Origin: Methanotrichaceae archaeon
Lineage (GTDB): Archaea; Halobacteriota; Methanosarcinia; Methanotrichales; Methanotrichaceae
Assembly (NCBI GenBank): GCA_963748825.1
Contig: CAVVKN010000010.1
Location: 32,001 to 96,000 of the forward strand
Direction of reading: 5' to 3'
Length of the DNA: 64,000 bases
In this document: one piece after another, positions 29,171 through 40,891 of the stretch
Layout: every line of letters starts with the position of its first letter
How positions within the stretch are numbered: the stretch's first letter is position 1
Program-made: the position numbers and the translations under genes
Notes under the pieces: generated by a model
The model's database searches: none
What the model was told of the DNA's origin: nothing
Seen by the model: the letters and a program-made list of their open reading frames with translations, nothing else

Positions 29171-31261
29171 TTGCCCCAACTGGAACAGATCGAAGCCATC
29201 GAAAAACGCCTCTGGAAAGCGGCGGACACTCTGCGCGCCAACTCAAACTACGCCAGCAACGAGTACTTTATGCCCGTCATGGGGCTGGTCTTCCTGCGCC
29301 ATGCCTACAGCCGCTTTCTGGCGGTTAAAGAATCGATCGATATCGATGCCAGCCTTCCCAAGCGCGGCGGCAAGACCCGACCGCTGACCAAGGAAGATTT
29401 CTCACAGAAAGGCTCGATCTTCCTGCAACTTAAGGCGCAGTTCGACCATCTCGTCTCACTCCCTGACAGCGAGGACCGCGCCAAGGCCATCATCGAGGCG
29501 ATGGAGTCTATCGAGGCGGATTACGAGAGCCTGCGTGGCGTCCTGCCCAAGAGCGAGTACCAGGAACTCGACAACCAGGTCCTCGGCCAACTCCTCCGCA
29601 CGCTCAATCCCGACGAGCTGAAGAAGGTCTCGGGCGACGTCTTCGGCCGCATCTACGAGTATTTTCTCACCCAGTTCGCCGACCAGAAGGCCCACGACGG
29701 CGGCGAGTTCTTCACCCCCATCTCGCTCGTCTCCTTGATCGCCCACGTGCTCGACCCCGAGCGCGGCACGGTGCTGGACCCGGCCTGCGGCTCTGGCGGC
29801 ATGTTCGTGCAGAGCGCCCGCATCGTCGAGGAACAGGGATCACGTCCCGCTGACCGGCTCACCTTTCGCGGGCTGGAGAAGAACGCCACCACAATACGTC
29901 TGGCCAAGATGAACCTGGCCGTGCACGGCCTGGAAGGCGACATCAAGAAGGCGATCACCTACTACGAAGACCCGCACGAACTGGTCGGCAAGGCCGATTA
30001 CGTGATGGCCAATCCACCCTTCAACGTGGACGAGATCGACGCCGACAAGGTCAAGAGCGACCCGCGTCTGCCCTTTGGGCTGCCGGGCGTCAACAAGAGT
30101 AGCAAGGTCTCCAACGGCAACTATGTCTGGATCAGCTACTTTTACAGCTACCTGAACGAGCATGGCCGGGCGGGCTTTGTCATGTCGTCCCAGGCCTCCA
30201 GCGCCGGAGGTGGCGAGGCCAAGGTGCGGCAAAAGCTGGTCGAGACCGGCGACGTGGACCTGATGATCGCCGTCCGTTCCAACTTCTTCTACACCCGCAC
30301 TGTGCCCTGCGAGCTGTGGTTCCTCAACCGGAACAAGCCCGAGGAGCACCGCGACAAGGTGCTGATGATCGACGCGCGCAACATCTACCGCAAGGTTACA
30401 CGCAAGATCTACGATTTTTCCCCCGAGCAGGAGCAGAACCTGCTGGCCATCGTCTGGCTCTACCGGGGCCAGACCGACCGCTACCTCGACCTCGTCTCCA
30501 GCTATTGCCGCCGCACTCTTGAGGAGGCCGCGGCCTGCTTCAGCTACCGAGGACGAAAACGGCAACTCCATTCAGCCGCTGACGGAATTCACGACTGCTT
30601 TGAAACCTTTCCTGAAGGAAGCTGCAAAGGAAGCCGACCTGCAGAAGGAGCTGATCGAAGCCCTGGCCGCCTTCCAGGCCGACGTCGAGACGTTCCAGAA
30701 GGCTCTTGCCGCACAGCAAGAGACGTGGAAGACGCAAAAGACCGACAACGGCGAACTGAAGAAGGCAGTCGACCGGCTTGCTCCCCTGGCCGAAGCCAGC
30801 CGCAACCTGGTCAAGCAGACCGATCTTCTCTTCAAGCTGGCGGCCGTCAGACCGAAACTCGTGGCAGCAAGAGCGATTCCAAGACAAAGGGCGTCTGGTC
30901 GGCAGAGATACCCTCGCGCCCTCAAGGCGGCAGACGAGGCCCGCCAGAGGGCCGCTTTGCCGCTCAAGCAGGTGCGCTACTTCTGGAAGCAGGCCGCCTG
31001 GCTCACCGAACGCTTCCCGGAGGCGAGGCTTCGGGACGTGGAGGGGCTGGTCAAGCTGGCGAGCATCGAGGAGATCGCCGCCAACGACTGGAGCCTGACC
31101 CCCGGACGCTACGTGGGCGTCGCCCCTGAGGACGAGGATGAGGATTTCGACTTCGAGGAAGCTCTGCGCGGGAGATTCACGTGGAGCTGGAAGACCTCAA
31201 CGCTGAGGCGGTGCGACTGGCGGCGATGATCAAGAGGAACTTCGAGGAGCTGGGGATATGA
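29171..31261 (+). pseudogene. hsdM: Type I R-M methyltransferase subunit M; frameshifts near 30545, 30840-30915 and 31170
   Basis: LWKAADTLRANS, GEFFTP, DPACGSGGM, ANPPFN (N6-adenine MTase); the C-terminal WSLTPGRYVG and NFEELGI segments lie in other frames; TGA overlaps the next ATG. Confidence 0.88.
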
Positions 31262-32283
31262 GCGGGGATCTTGAGCCGAAAATCAACAACTATGCCGCGT
31301 TATTGGCTGAGATAAAAGAGCGTGTCCGCACCGCGCAGTATCATGCACTCAAAGCGGTCAATAAGGAACTGGTCGGTTTGTACTGGGATATCGGATGCGT
31401 GATCGTACAAAGACAGGCAGGTGAAACCTGGGGCAAATCGATTGTCCAACAATTGGCCAGCGATTTGCAGTGCGAATTCCCCGGCATCAGTGGATTTTCC
31501 GCTTCCAACCTTTGGCGGATGAAGTCCTTTTACGAAGCCTACAGAGATTCCGAAAGACTCGCACCACTGGTGCGAGAAATCGCCTGGAGCCACAATCTCG
31601 TTATTTTGGAGCGATGTTCCGACCCGCTGGAGCGTGAGTTTTACATCCGCATGACAAAGAAGTTCGGCTGGTCGAAAAACGTCCTCATCCACCAGATCGA
31701 AAACCAGAGCTATGAAAAAATGATTCTCGGCCAGACCAATTTCGACAGGGCGCTTACACCTGAGCTTCGCGCCCAGGCGAAGCTCGCCGTCATGGACGAA
31801 TACACCTTCGACTTTCTTGAACTAGGTGAGAAACACTCCGAGCGTGAGTTGGAACGGGCGCTCATCGGGCGAATCGAAGATTTTCTGCGCTCCCTGGGCG
31901 GTCTTTTCACCTTTGTTGGAAGCCAGTTTCGGTTAGAGGTGGCGGACGAGGAGTACTTCATAGACCTTTTGCTCTACCATCGCCGACTGCACTGCCTGGT
32001 CGCCATCGAACTCAAAGTCGGAAAATTCCAGCCGGAATTCGTCGGCAAGATGCAATTTTACCTGACCGCACTGGACAGACAGGTGCGCATGGAAGGCGAA
32101 AACCCCTCCATCGGCATCATCCTCTGCAAAGAGAAAAAACGCACTATCGTTGAATACGCCTTGAGCGATGCCGTAAAGCCGATAGGTGTCGCAACCTATC
32201 GGATTTTCAAGAAATTGCCTGATGAACTCAAGGGACAACTCCCCAGCCCGGAAGAAATCGCTAAACTGCTGGAGGGAGAATGA
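31258..32283 (+). CDS. DUF1016/YhcG family PD-(D/E)XK nuclease-domain protein
   Basis: LYWDIG, GFSASNLWRMKSFY, WSHN, YTFDFL, IDLLLYH, IELKVG, GKMQFY, SIGIILC. Confidence 0.92.
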   Translation: MSGDLEPKINNYAALLAEIKERVRTAQYHALKAVNKELVGLYWDIGCVIVQRQAGETWGKSIVQQLASDLQCEFPGISGFSASNLWRMKSFYEAYRDSERLAPLVREIAWSHNLVILERCSDPLEREFYIRMTKKFGWSKNVLIHQIENQSYEKMILGQTNFDRALTPELRAQAKLAVMDEYTFDFLELGEKHSERELERALIGRIEDFLRSLGGLFTFVGSQFRLEVADEEYFIDLLLYHRRLHCLVAIELKVGKFQPEFVGKMQFYLTALDRQVRMEGENPSIGIILCKEKKRTIVEYALSDAVKPIGVATYRIFKKLPDELKGQLPSPEEIAKLLEGE

Positions 32284-32287
32284 GGAA

Positions 32288-32367
32288 GATAAAAGTGAGA
32301 GGTTTGAGTGAAAGCAAGACGAGGGTAGAAGTTTCAAACTTCGCCATTCAAACTTCAAACCTTCATC
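32288..32367. repeat. Heptamer-periodic imperfect palindrome between DUF1016 and hsdS
   Basis: Purine-rich arm GATAAAA-GTGAGAG-GTTTGAG followed by TTCAAAC-TTCGCCA-TTCAAAC-TTCAAAC-CTTCATC. Confidence 0.5.
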
Positions 32368-32687
32368 TGGGGTTGTGGATATGAGGTGGCCTTGCAATAA
32401 GCTCGAATTGCTTGCTGCTGATGAGCCTTACTCTTTTGTCGGCGGTCCATTTGGCTCGAATCTTACTTTGCGTGATTATGTCGATGAGGGTGTTCCCGTC
32501 ATTCGAGGGTCCAATCTAAACAATGGTCGTTTCCTGGACATGAACGAATTCGTTTATGTCTCTGATTCAAAAGTTCGCAAGGACTTGTCAAGCAATCTCG
32601 CCAAGCCAGGTGACTTAGTATTCACACAGCGTGGGACCCTTGGCCAGGTAGCAATCATTCCCGTGGAAGGGGTATCGGATCGTTATG

Positions 32688-34147
32688 CATTGGTCATCGG
32701 TTAAGCCCACCACTCAGCTCTAAAGCGTTCACGGTTGACGTGCGGATCAAGGGCTTGACTATCATAAACTCCTGCTATAGTTTCCAAAGTCCTTGTTATT
32801 CCCATATATCGCAGAAGGAGCGTTAGCTGATCATCCGCATTTTCTGCGAAAATAATGCTCCACCTAAGCTGAGTAAATCTCACTATATTTTTACCTTTAT
32901 GAATTTTTCTCACATTGAAATATGTTCTCCTGCTAACAAGAAGCGTTAAAATAGCAACCCAAATAATAGCTTCAATTATCTGAGGATTTTTTGTACCAAG
33001 GGCATCAAGTGCGTACCTGCTCTTCAGCTCTTTAAACATCAATTCGATATCCCACCGAGCTCCGTAAAGCTTTCCGATATCTTCAGGCTCAAGAATATCT
33101 GAATTAATATTAGTAATATATGTATGATATTTCTCATCTTCGTCATTGTAGATCGCAACAAGACGAAATCGATGTGTATCCGGTCTTCTTACTCCGTTGT
33201 AGGCTCTGCGCTTAAAGGAGACTTCAACATCTACATCTAAAATTTGTCTTTGAAGCTTCGGCAATACATCTTGGAGGTATGTCCCGCACACATCTATGCT
33301 CTGGCCTCTCCAGGCTCGATTTGCCTTTATAATTAACGGATTTGAGTTATCCTTTGATCGAGAGACAAAAAATCCACCGTTCTCAGCTATTCTTGCAAAT
33401 AGTTGATATTTATAGAAACCAAGATCGATAAGCAAAATTTTCCCTTTTATCCAGGGGCCGACTCTGATGGTCTTAAGCTCATTAGTGCGTTCTTTGTATA
33501 TAGAAATGCTTTCCGGGGTGTTTCCAACTGCACTGACAAGAACCGCGATCTTAAGGCCGGCAGCTTCTCCTTTGGATCGAGCAGCCGGATAGAGTTTGGC
33601 CAGACTTGTATGAAGCCGAACTATCGTACTATCCTGAATCAATACATCTTGGAACTTTACTAATTTTTTGTTAAGATTATGGCTTTGTTCTTTGGCAAGG
33701 TATTCAATTCCATGAATAACGCATGCTTTGAGAAAAGCAACGAGTTCTGGAGTAAAGCGGTAATACCAGCTACTATCGCTTAATTTCTCGTGAGCTTCTT
33801 TCTCATAACTTCGTTTCAGACTGGCTAGTGTTCTCTGAAGACGGACCCCAAAACTCAAAGTCAAAACCCAAAACATGACGACTGCATCTATCTTGCGTTC
33901 ACGTTTTATTAAACCAGTATCTATTGCGGTCTTCCTTAAAAATTCAGGCGAAAACATCGTGCATAGATCCTTCTCTATGAAGCTCTGCTCTGCTTTCGAG
34001 CAATCTGTTGCCATTTGCTACCCCTTCGAGGGGAGAATTAGATCACAGCACCTATATATAACTAAACTTGAAATAAAAATACCCTAAGTACAAAAAGGAT
34101 AATATTGTGCAACATCCATCCTAAATGTCCTTAACCGATGACCGATG
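32688..34147 (-). mobile_element. IS4-family insertion sequence (ISH8-like), 1460 bp
   Basis: 18-bp TIRs CATTGGTCATCGGTTAAG and CTTAACCGATGACCGATG (17/18 match); 10-bp target duplication GATCGTTATG at 32678-32687 and 34148-34157. Confidence 0.95.
32701..34014 (-). CDS. IS4-family DDE transposase, intact
   Basis: IQDST, LIDLGFY and the YREK signature YGARWDIELMFKELKS. Confidence 0.93.
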   Translation of the reverse strand: MATDCSKAEQSFIEKDLCTMFSPEFLRKTAIDTGLIKRERKIDAVVMFWVLTLSFGVRLQRTLASLKRSYEKEAHEKLSDSSWYYRFTPELVAFLKACVIHGIEYLAKEQSHNLNKKLVKFQDVLIQDSTIVRLHTSLAKLYPAARSKGEAAGLKIAVLVSAVGNTPESISIYKERTNELKTIRVGPWIKGKILLIDLGFYKYQLFARIAENGGFFVSRSKDNSNPLIIKANRAWRGQSIDVCGTYLQDVLPKLQRQILDVDVEVSFKRRAYNGVRRPDTHRFRLVAIYNDEDEKYHTYITNINSDILEPEDIGKLYGARWDIELMFKELKSRYALDALGTKNPQIIEAIIWVAILTLLVSRRTYFNVRKIHKGKNIVRFTQLRWSIIFAENADDQLTLLLRYMGITRTLETIAGVYDSQALDPHVNRERFRAEWWA

Positions 34148-35031
34148 GATCGTTATGTAGTTTCCCAGAGCCAAATGAAGATGACTGTTGACGCCACCAA
34201 AGCAGACCGATTCTTTCTGTACTACTATTTTTCCAGCCGTGAGGCCGTTGAGAGGATCGCTAACTTTGCATCCACCTCAGGAGTTCCCCATATCAACCTG
34301 ACCGTGTTGCGCAATTTTGAGGTTCCAGTCCCACCTTTGGAAATACAGAAGGCAATTGCCTCCATCCTCTCCGCCTATGATGACCAGATCGAGAACAACA
34401 GGCGGCGCATTCAGTTGCTGGAGCAGGCGGCGCGGCTGCTCTACAGGGAGTGGTTCGTGCGCCTGTGCTTCCCCGGCCACGAGCATGTCAGGATCAAGGA
34501 CGGGGTGCCGGAGGGGTGGGAGAGGAAGCAAGTCAAAGATATTCTTGGGAAGATAAGACGATCTGGAAAGATAAATCAGTCTGAATACCTGTTGCATGGG
34601 CCAATTCCATGTATTGATCAGTCACGAGATTTCATAGGTGGATATACTGATGATGAAGAGGCTGTCATTGATATAGGACAACCCGTGATAGTATTTGGCG
34701 ATCACACTCGAATCCTTAAGTTCGTAGATTTTCCATTTGCATGTGGTGCAGATGGAACGCAATTGATTATCTCAAATGACGCTGCAGTTTCACAGGAATA
34801 CCTATTCTTCGCATTAGATGCAACAGATCTATCAAACTATTTTTATGCAAGGCACTTTAAGTACCTAAAAGATCAGTTTATTCCAAGACCTGCGGATACA
34901 ATCATGACGCAGTTCACTGACATAATCCGTCCGACCATGAGGCAAATTAAATTGTTGAGAGACCATTGCTACGGTCTAGCTAGAGCCCGCGACCTTCTCC
35001 TGCCGCGGCTAATGAACGGAGAGGTGATAGT

Positions 35032-37340
35032 GTGATAAAGATGGTCGTCAAAATCAAAAATATTGGCCTATTCCGCCACGCTTGCCCGAAAGGGGCTGTG
35101 GTTTTTGATCAAACTACAGCAGTCTATGCCGACAATGCTATGGGCAAATCCACGTTTGCAACTGTTCTGAGGGCTTGTCAGATGTCGGATGCGACTCGGT
35201 TGGTGGCGAAGCGGACAATAGACGTCACCGACGAACCCGAAGTAGAACTGCTGCTTGATAATAATAAGTTGCGAAAATATGAAAACGGTGCTTGGATTGG
35301 CACGATTCCTGATATTTCAGTGTTCGACTCTGAGTTTGTAGAAAAGAATGTATACTCAGGATTCTCTGTACGAGCAGATCAAAGGCAAGGACTTCTTGAT
35401 TTTGCTCTTGGTGACACAATAATTCCAATGAAGAATCTCGTCGATAAATTGTCAAAAAAGATACAAAAACAAACAACTAATATTGGATATGCTGAGAAGC
35501 TACTACGAGGTTTTGCAGCACCTCTTGACTTGCAGCAGTTCATCGACCTTGAGCCTATCGCATATGCAGAGGAGCTAACCAGTGTATGCCAGACACGTAT
35601 TGGTGCAGCCAGGAATGCACAGATACTAATTGCAAGAAGCGATCCTACGGCTCTCAATCTAGTGGACTTTGACCTGCGTCCGATATTTAACGTTCTATCG
35701 CGACAATTAGCAGATATTGAAAATACAGCCGAGGCGACAGTGAAGGCCCATCTGGATAGACATGGTGTTGAAGGATTTGAGGATTGGATCAGCCAAGGCC
35801 AGCCATTCCTGGGTACTGTTGAATGTCCTTTCTGTGGCCAGAGTGTAACTAGCCAAGACCTTATAGCAGCTTACCGATCGTATTTCAATAAAGCTTACCA
35901 AGATCTAAAGGATGAAGTCACCAAATTAGAAACGAAGATAATGTCCTCATTTGCTGATTCAATTGCAGATTCGGCTGCTGCAATGGCCAGAACAAATGCA
36001 GCGAGAATAGATGCGTGGAAGGATCAGCTAGAAATTGATCCACCGAGATTAAATGGAGATGCCTTAAAAGAAATGTTGGTTAGTGTCCGCAATGTGTTGA
36101 TTCCTCTAGCTCAACGAAAACACGCCAACCCACTCGATGCAGTTGGAGCGTCGGAGGATGCTAAGGCTGCCGAGCAATACATCGCGGAGATCAATAAAGT
36201 GCTAACCGACTACAACTTGGTTTTAGCTGCAATTGCACAGAAAATCTCTGAATTTAAGAATGGGCTCAAAACAGAAGATACCAGAAAACTAGAAACAGAA
36301 CTTATTAGACTTCAAGCGTCGATCAAGAGACAAGGATCTGAGGTGGTACAGGCACATGCAGATTACCAGTCCGCAACCGCTAAAAAAAGGCGGCTAGAAC
36401 TGAAAAAGAGCGATACTCGTGAACAGATAGATGCGCGGATGCACGAAACGCTCACTAGTATCAAGAGAGCATCAATAGTATCCTTACGACATTTGGAGCT
36501 ACCTTCTTGATAAAAAACCTATCCACGGACTACCGAGGTAGGAGTGGCGAACCACGTTCCCAATACCGTCTTGGAGTAAGAAATCGAGAGGTGGAACTTG
36601 TCGGAGAATCGGATTTCTCATCCGGTCACAATTTTTCAACCACACTCAGCGAATCGGATAAGCGGACCCTCGCGTTGGCGTTCTTCATTGCCAAACTTGA
36701 ACATGATCAGGCTCTCGAATCGAAAATTATTGTTTTAGACGACCCTATGTCAAGCATGGACCGCAATAGACAATATCAGACGATACGTCGCATTGCCTCA
36801 TTAGCGATTAAATGCAAGCAACTCATCATACTGTCTCATGATGCGTATTTCTTACGCGATTTGCGGGATCGTCTCCGTGATCTGAAATCGGCTCCAATCA
36901 CGCTAAAGGTATTGGAAATCGCACGAGTAACAGATAACTATTCAGCCTTTTGCGATTGTAATCTCGATAAAAAATGCGAATCAGATTACTACCGCCACTA
37001 TCATATGGTCGCAGAATATGTAGATGGAACATCTTCCGCAAATATCCGTGACGTAGCAAAGGCAATTCGCCCTCTACTCGAAGGAAATCTCCATAGACGA
37101 TTTCCAAAGCATATCCCCCGAAATATGATGTTTGGGAAGATAATAGCGGATTACATCGCGCCTGCAACATCAGGGCCTTTTTCGCATTTGCACCAACATG
37201 TAGCAGAACTTCAAGAGATCAATGAATATGCGAGCCAGTTTCATCACGATACAAACACCTCCGCTGATTCGGTAAACGTAGTAGATGCTGAATTACTTCT
37301 GTTTGCTCGCAGATCTTTGAATATAATTTACGCAGGTTGA
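35032..37340 (+). pseudogene. RloC-like ABC/SMC ATPase with zinc hook and C-terminal HEPN-like domain; 1-nt frameshift near 36457 (about 769 aa when repaired)
   Basis: Walker A YADNAMGKST, VFDSEFV, CPFCGQ hook, signature TLSESDK, Walker B VLDDPMSSMD, LSHD, IRPLLE...NEYASQFHH; frames join through YQESINSILTTFGATF. Confidence 0.78.
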
Positions 37341-40300
37341 CTATTGTGACCGCCTACACCGAAGACACCCTCGTTCAGCAGACCACAGCCGACTACCTGG
37401 AGCGCCTCGGTTGGCAGTCGGTTTACGCCTACAACAATGAGGACTTCGGGCCGAACAGCCTCCTGGGCCGCGCCTCGGACCGCGAGGTAGTGCTGACACG
37501 CACCCTGCGCCAGAAGCTGGCGGAACTGAACCCCGGCCTGCCCGATGCCGCCTACGACGACGCCCTGCGGCAGATCACCGCCACAGTCGCCTCGCAGACC
37601 CTGGCCGCCACCAACCGGGAGAAGTACGCCCTGATGCGAGAGGGCGTGCAGGTGACATTCAGAAATGACAGGGATGAGCTGGTGCGCCGGCGGCTGCGAC
37701 TCTTCGATTTCGACGAGCCGGACCAACAATCACTTCCTCTGCGTGCGTGAGCTCTGGGTGCATGGCGACCTCTACCGCCGCCGGGCGGACATAATCGGTT
37801 TCGTCAACGGCCTGCCGCTGCTCTTCATCGAATGCAAGAACATCCACAAAAACCTCAAGACCGCCTTTGAGAAGAACTTTTCCGACTACCTGGACACCAT
37901 CCCGCACATCTTCCACCACAACGCCATCGTCATGTTCGGCAATGGCGAGCAGGCCAAGATCGGCACCATCACCAGCCGTTGGGAGCACTTCCACGAGTGG
38001 AAACGCCTGGCCGAAAAAGAGCCGGGCGCGGTAAGCATGGAGACCCTGCTCAAGGGCATCTGCGACAAACGGAACTTCATGGACCTGCTGGAGAACTTCA
38101 TCCTCTTTGATGAGTCCAGGGGTGAGCCCAAGAAGATCCTCGCCAAAAACCACCAGTTCCTGGGCGTCAACCGGGCAATCGATGCAGTTCGTGATCGCAA
38201 AACAAACAAGGGCAAGCTGGGGGTCTTCTGGCACACCCAGGGCGCGGGCAAGAGCTATTCCATGGTGATGCTCACCCGCAAGGTCCATCGCAAGCTGGGC
38301 GGCAACTTCACCTTCCTGATGCTTACCGACCGCGACGACCTGGACACGCAGCTCTACAAGACCTTTGCCGGCTGCGGCGTGGTGGACAACGACCGCGACC
38401 CCTGCCGGGCCGCCAGCGGCGCCCACCTGAGCCGATTGCTGGCCGAGCACAAGTCCTACATCTTCTCGCTGATCCAGAAGTTCAATCAGAATGTGGACGC
38501 AAACGAGGGCTACACCCAGCGTGACGACATAATAGTAATCACCGACGAGGCGCACCGCACCCAGTACGGCACCCTGGCGCTCAACATGAGAAACGCTCTG
38601 CCCAATGCCAGCTTCATGGGTTTTACCGGCACGCCGCTTTTCAAGGACGATGAGATCACACGGCGGGTCTTCGGCGTTTACGTCTCGACCTATGACTTCC
38701 AGCGGGCGGTGGAGGACAAGGCTACTGTGCCGCTCTACTACGACGCCCGCGGCGAGAAGCTGGGCGTGGACATCGGCGACATCAACGAGCGCATCGCCAA
38801 GAAGCTGGAGGAGCTAGAGACCGACGACATCAACGTCGAACAGCGTCTGGAGAGGGAACTCAAGCGCGAATACCACATCATCACCGCAGACAAAAGGCTC
38901 GATCAGGTGGCCAGGGACTTTGTGCAGCACTACTCCACGGCGTGGGAGAATGGGAAGGTGATGCTGGTCTGCATAGACAAGGTAACCTGCGTGCGGATGT
39001 ACAACCTGATCACCAAGTATTGGGACGAACGCATCACCGAACTGGAGACGGGACTGTCCTCCACCGCTGACGACCAGGAGGAGATATACTTGCAGCGGCA
39101 GATCGACTGGATGCGGGAGACTCGGGCGGCAGTCGTGGTAAGCGAGGAGCAGGGCGAGGTCGACAAGTTCCGCAAGTGGGGTCTGGACATTACTCCGCAC
39201 CGCAGGCTCATCAAGGAAGGCATCGACCTGCCCGAGTCAATGCACAGCAAGCCCCAGTTCCGCAACATGCAGCGGATCGGCCTGGACGATGCATTCAAAG
39301 CGGATGAGCATCCGTTTCGCATCGCCATCGTCTGCGCCATGTGGCTGACCGGATTTGACGTGCCAAGCCTCTCCACGCTTTACCTGGACAAGCCTCTCAA
39401 AGCCCATACGCTGATGCAGGCCATCGCCCGCGCCAACCGTGTGAACGAGGGCAAGAATAACGGCCTGATCGTCGACTACTGCGGCATTTTAAAAAATCTG
39501 CGCAAGGCGCTGGCAACCTTTGCGGGTACCCGTTCGGACGAACCGGGCGGCGAGATCGATCCGGCCAGGCCGGAGGAAGAGCTTCTTGCCGATTTGGCCG
39601 AAACAATCGGCCTGGTGCGAGCTTTCCTTGACGAGCGAAGAGCATCGCTGGATGACGTTATCCAGAAGACCGGCTTCGAGCTCAATGCAGCCATCGTGGC
39701 GTGCAAGGAAGCGGCCAACGAGAATGATGAGACCCGCAAGCGCTTCGAGATTATGTGCCGGGAGGTCTTCAAGAAGTTCAAGGCCTGCATCAATGTTCAA
39801 GGCGTAAACGCCCACCGGGCTGATCGGGATGCTATTAACATCGTCTACAAGAAGCCTCCAGCAGGACCGCGAGCAGGCCGACATTACGGACATCATGCGG
39901 AAGCTGCAAAAGATTGTAGATGATGCAATTGGAGTGCACCCTCCTGGTCCTGACACCGAAGGGAAGGAGCCCTACGACATCAGCAAAATCGACTTCGATC
40001 GGCTCAAACTGGAGCTAGAGCGAAAACGGACAATGAACTCAACGGTCCAGAACCTTCGCCAGGCTGTAGAGAACCGACTGCAACGACTGTTGCAACAAAA
40101 TCCCCTGCGAACCGACTTCCAAAAACATTATGAGAAAATCGTTGAAGAATATAATCGTGAGAAGGACCAGGTGGAAATCGAGCAGACCTTTGAGGCATTG
40201 CTCAAGTTTGTCCAAGAACTCAATGACGAAGAAGGCCGGGCGGTTCGGGAAGAACTTAATGAAGAATCATTAGCGATCTTCGATCTGCTGAAGAAGCCGG

Positions 40301-40584
40301 ATCTAAAGGGTCCCGACATCAAGCGAATCAAAAAGGTTGCTGCTGAATTATTGGAAACGCTGAAGGAGGAGAAGCTCCGAATCGATCAGTGGCGCGACAA
40401 GGAAACGACCCGTGATGCTGTGCGCGTGACTATTCGGGACTTTTTATGGAATGACAAGACCGGGCTTCCAGTTGATCTGTATGGAGAAGATGATGTGGCC
40501 CAAAAGGCGGAAGATGTCTTCCGCCATGTCTTCTGGGCATACCCCACATTGCCATCGCCTTACTACGAAGCCGTAGTGGCATGA
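37337..40584 (+). pseudogene. hsdR: Type I R-M restriction subunit R; frameshifts near 37725 and 39852
   Basis: RRADIIGFVNGLPLLFIECK nuclease motif, WHTQGAGKS, DEAHRTQYG, GFTGTP, MWLTGFD, QAIARANR. Confidence 0.9.
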
Positions 40585-40891
40585 GTGGAAATAAGGGAAG
40601 AAATATTTGGGTATTTTTGCTTGCAAGGTTCTGGGCAAATGATCTTGTTTCCGAGGCTGCAGACCGCAAAATAGATGCGAGCTTTACGGGCAGAAGGAAG
40701 AGGAGATCAGAAATTTTATTTTTATCGCAATACTCCGATGCTTGCATCGAGGTATTGCGATGAAAACCATGATTACTTTTAGAAGTTTTATGAGTTTTCT
40801 AATATTTTATAACATAACAAAAAAATTTAAATAAGGATAATAACTCAGTACTAAAAATAGGTACATTGAAAAACTATTTAGGGTGATATAA

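Larger units (their letters stand above)
32381..35035 (+). pseudogene. hsdS: Type I R-M specificity subunit S interrupted by an IS4-family element (394 aa when repaired)
   Basis: GGPFGSNL...GVPVIRGSN...GDLVFTQRGTLGQV before the IS; VPPLEIQKAIASILSAYDDQIENN, GVPEGW, RDLLLPRLMNGE after it; frame is restored by removing the IS and one TSD copy. Confidence 0.92.
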
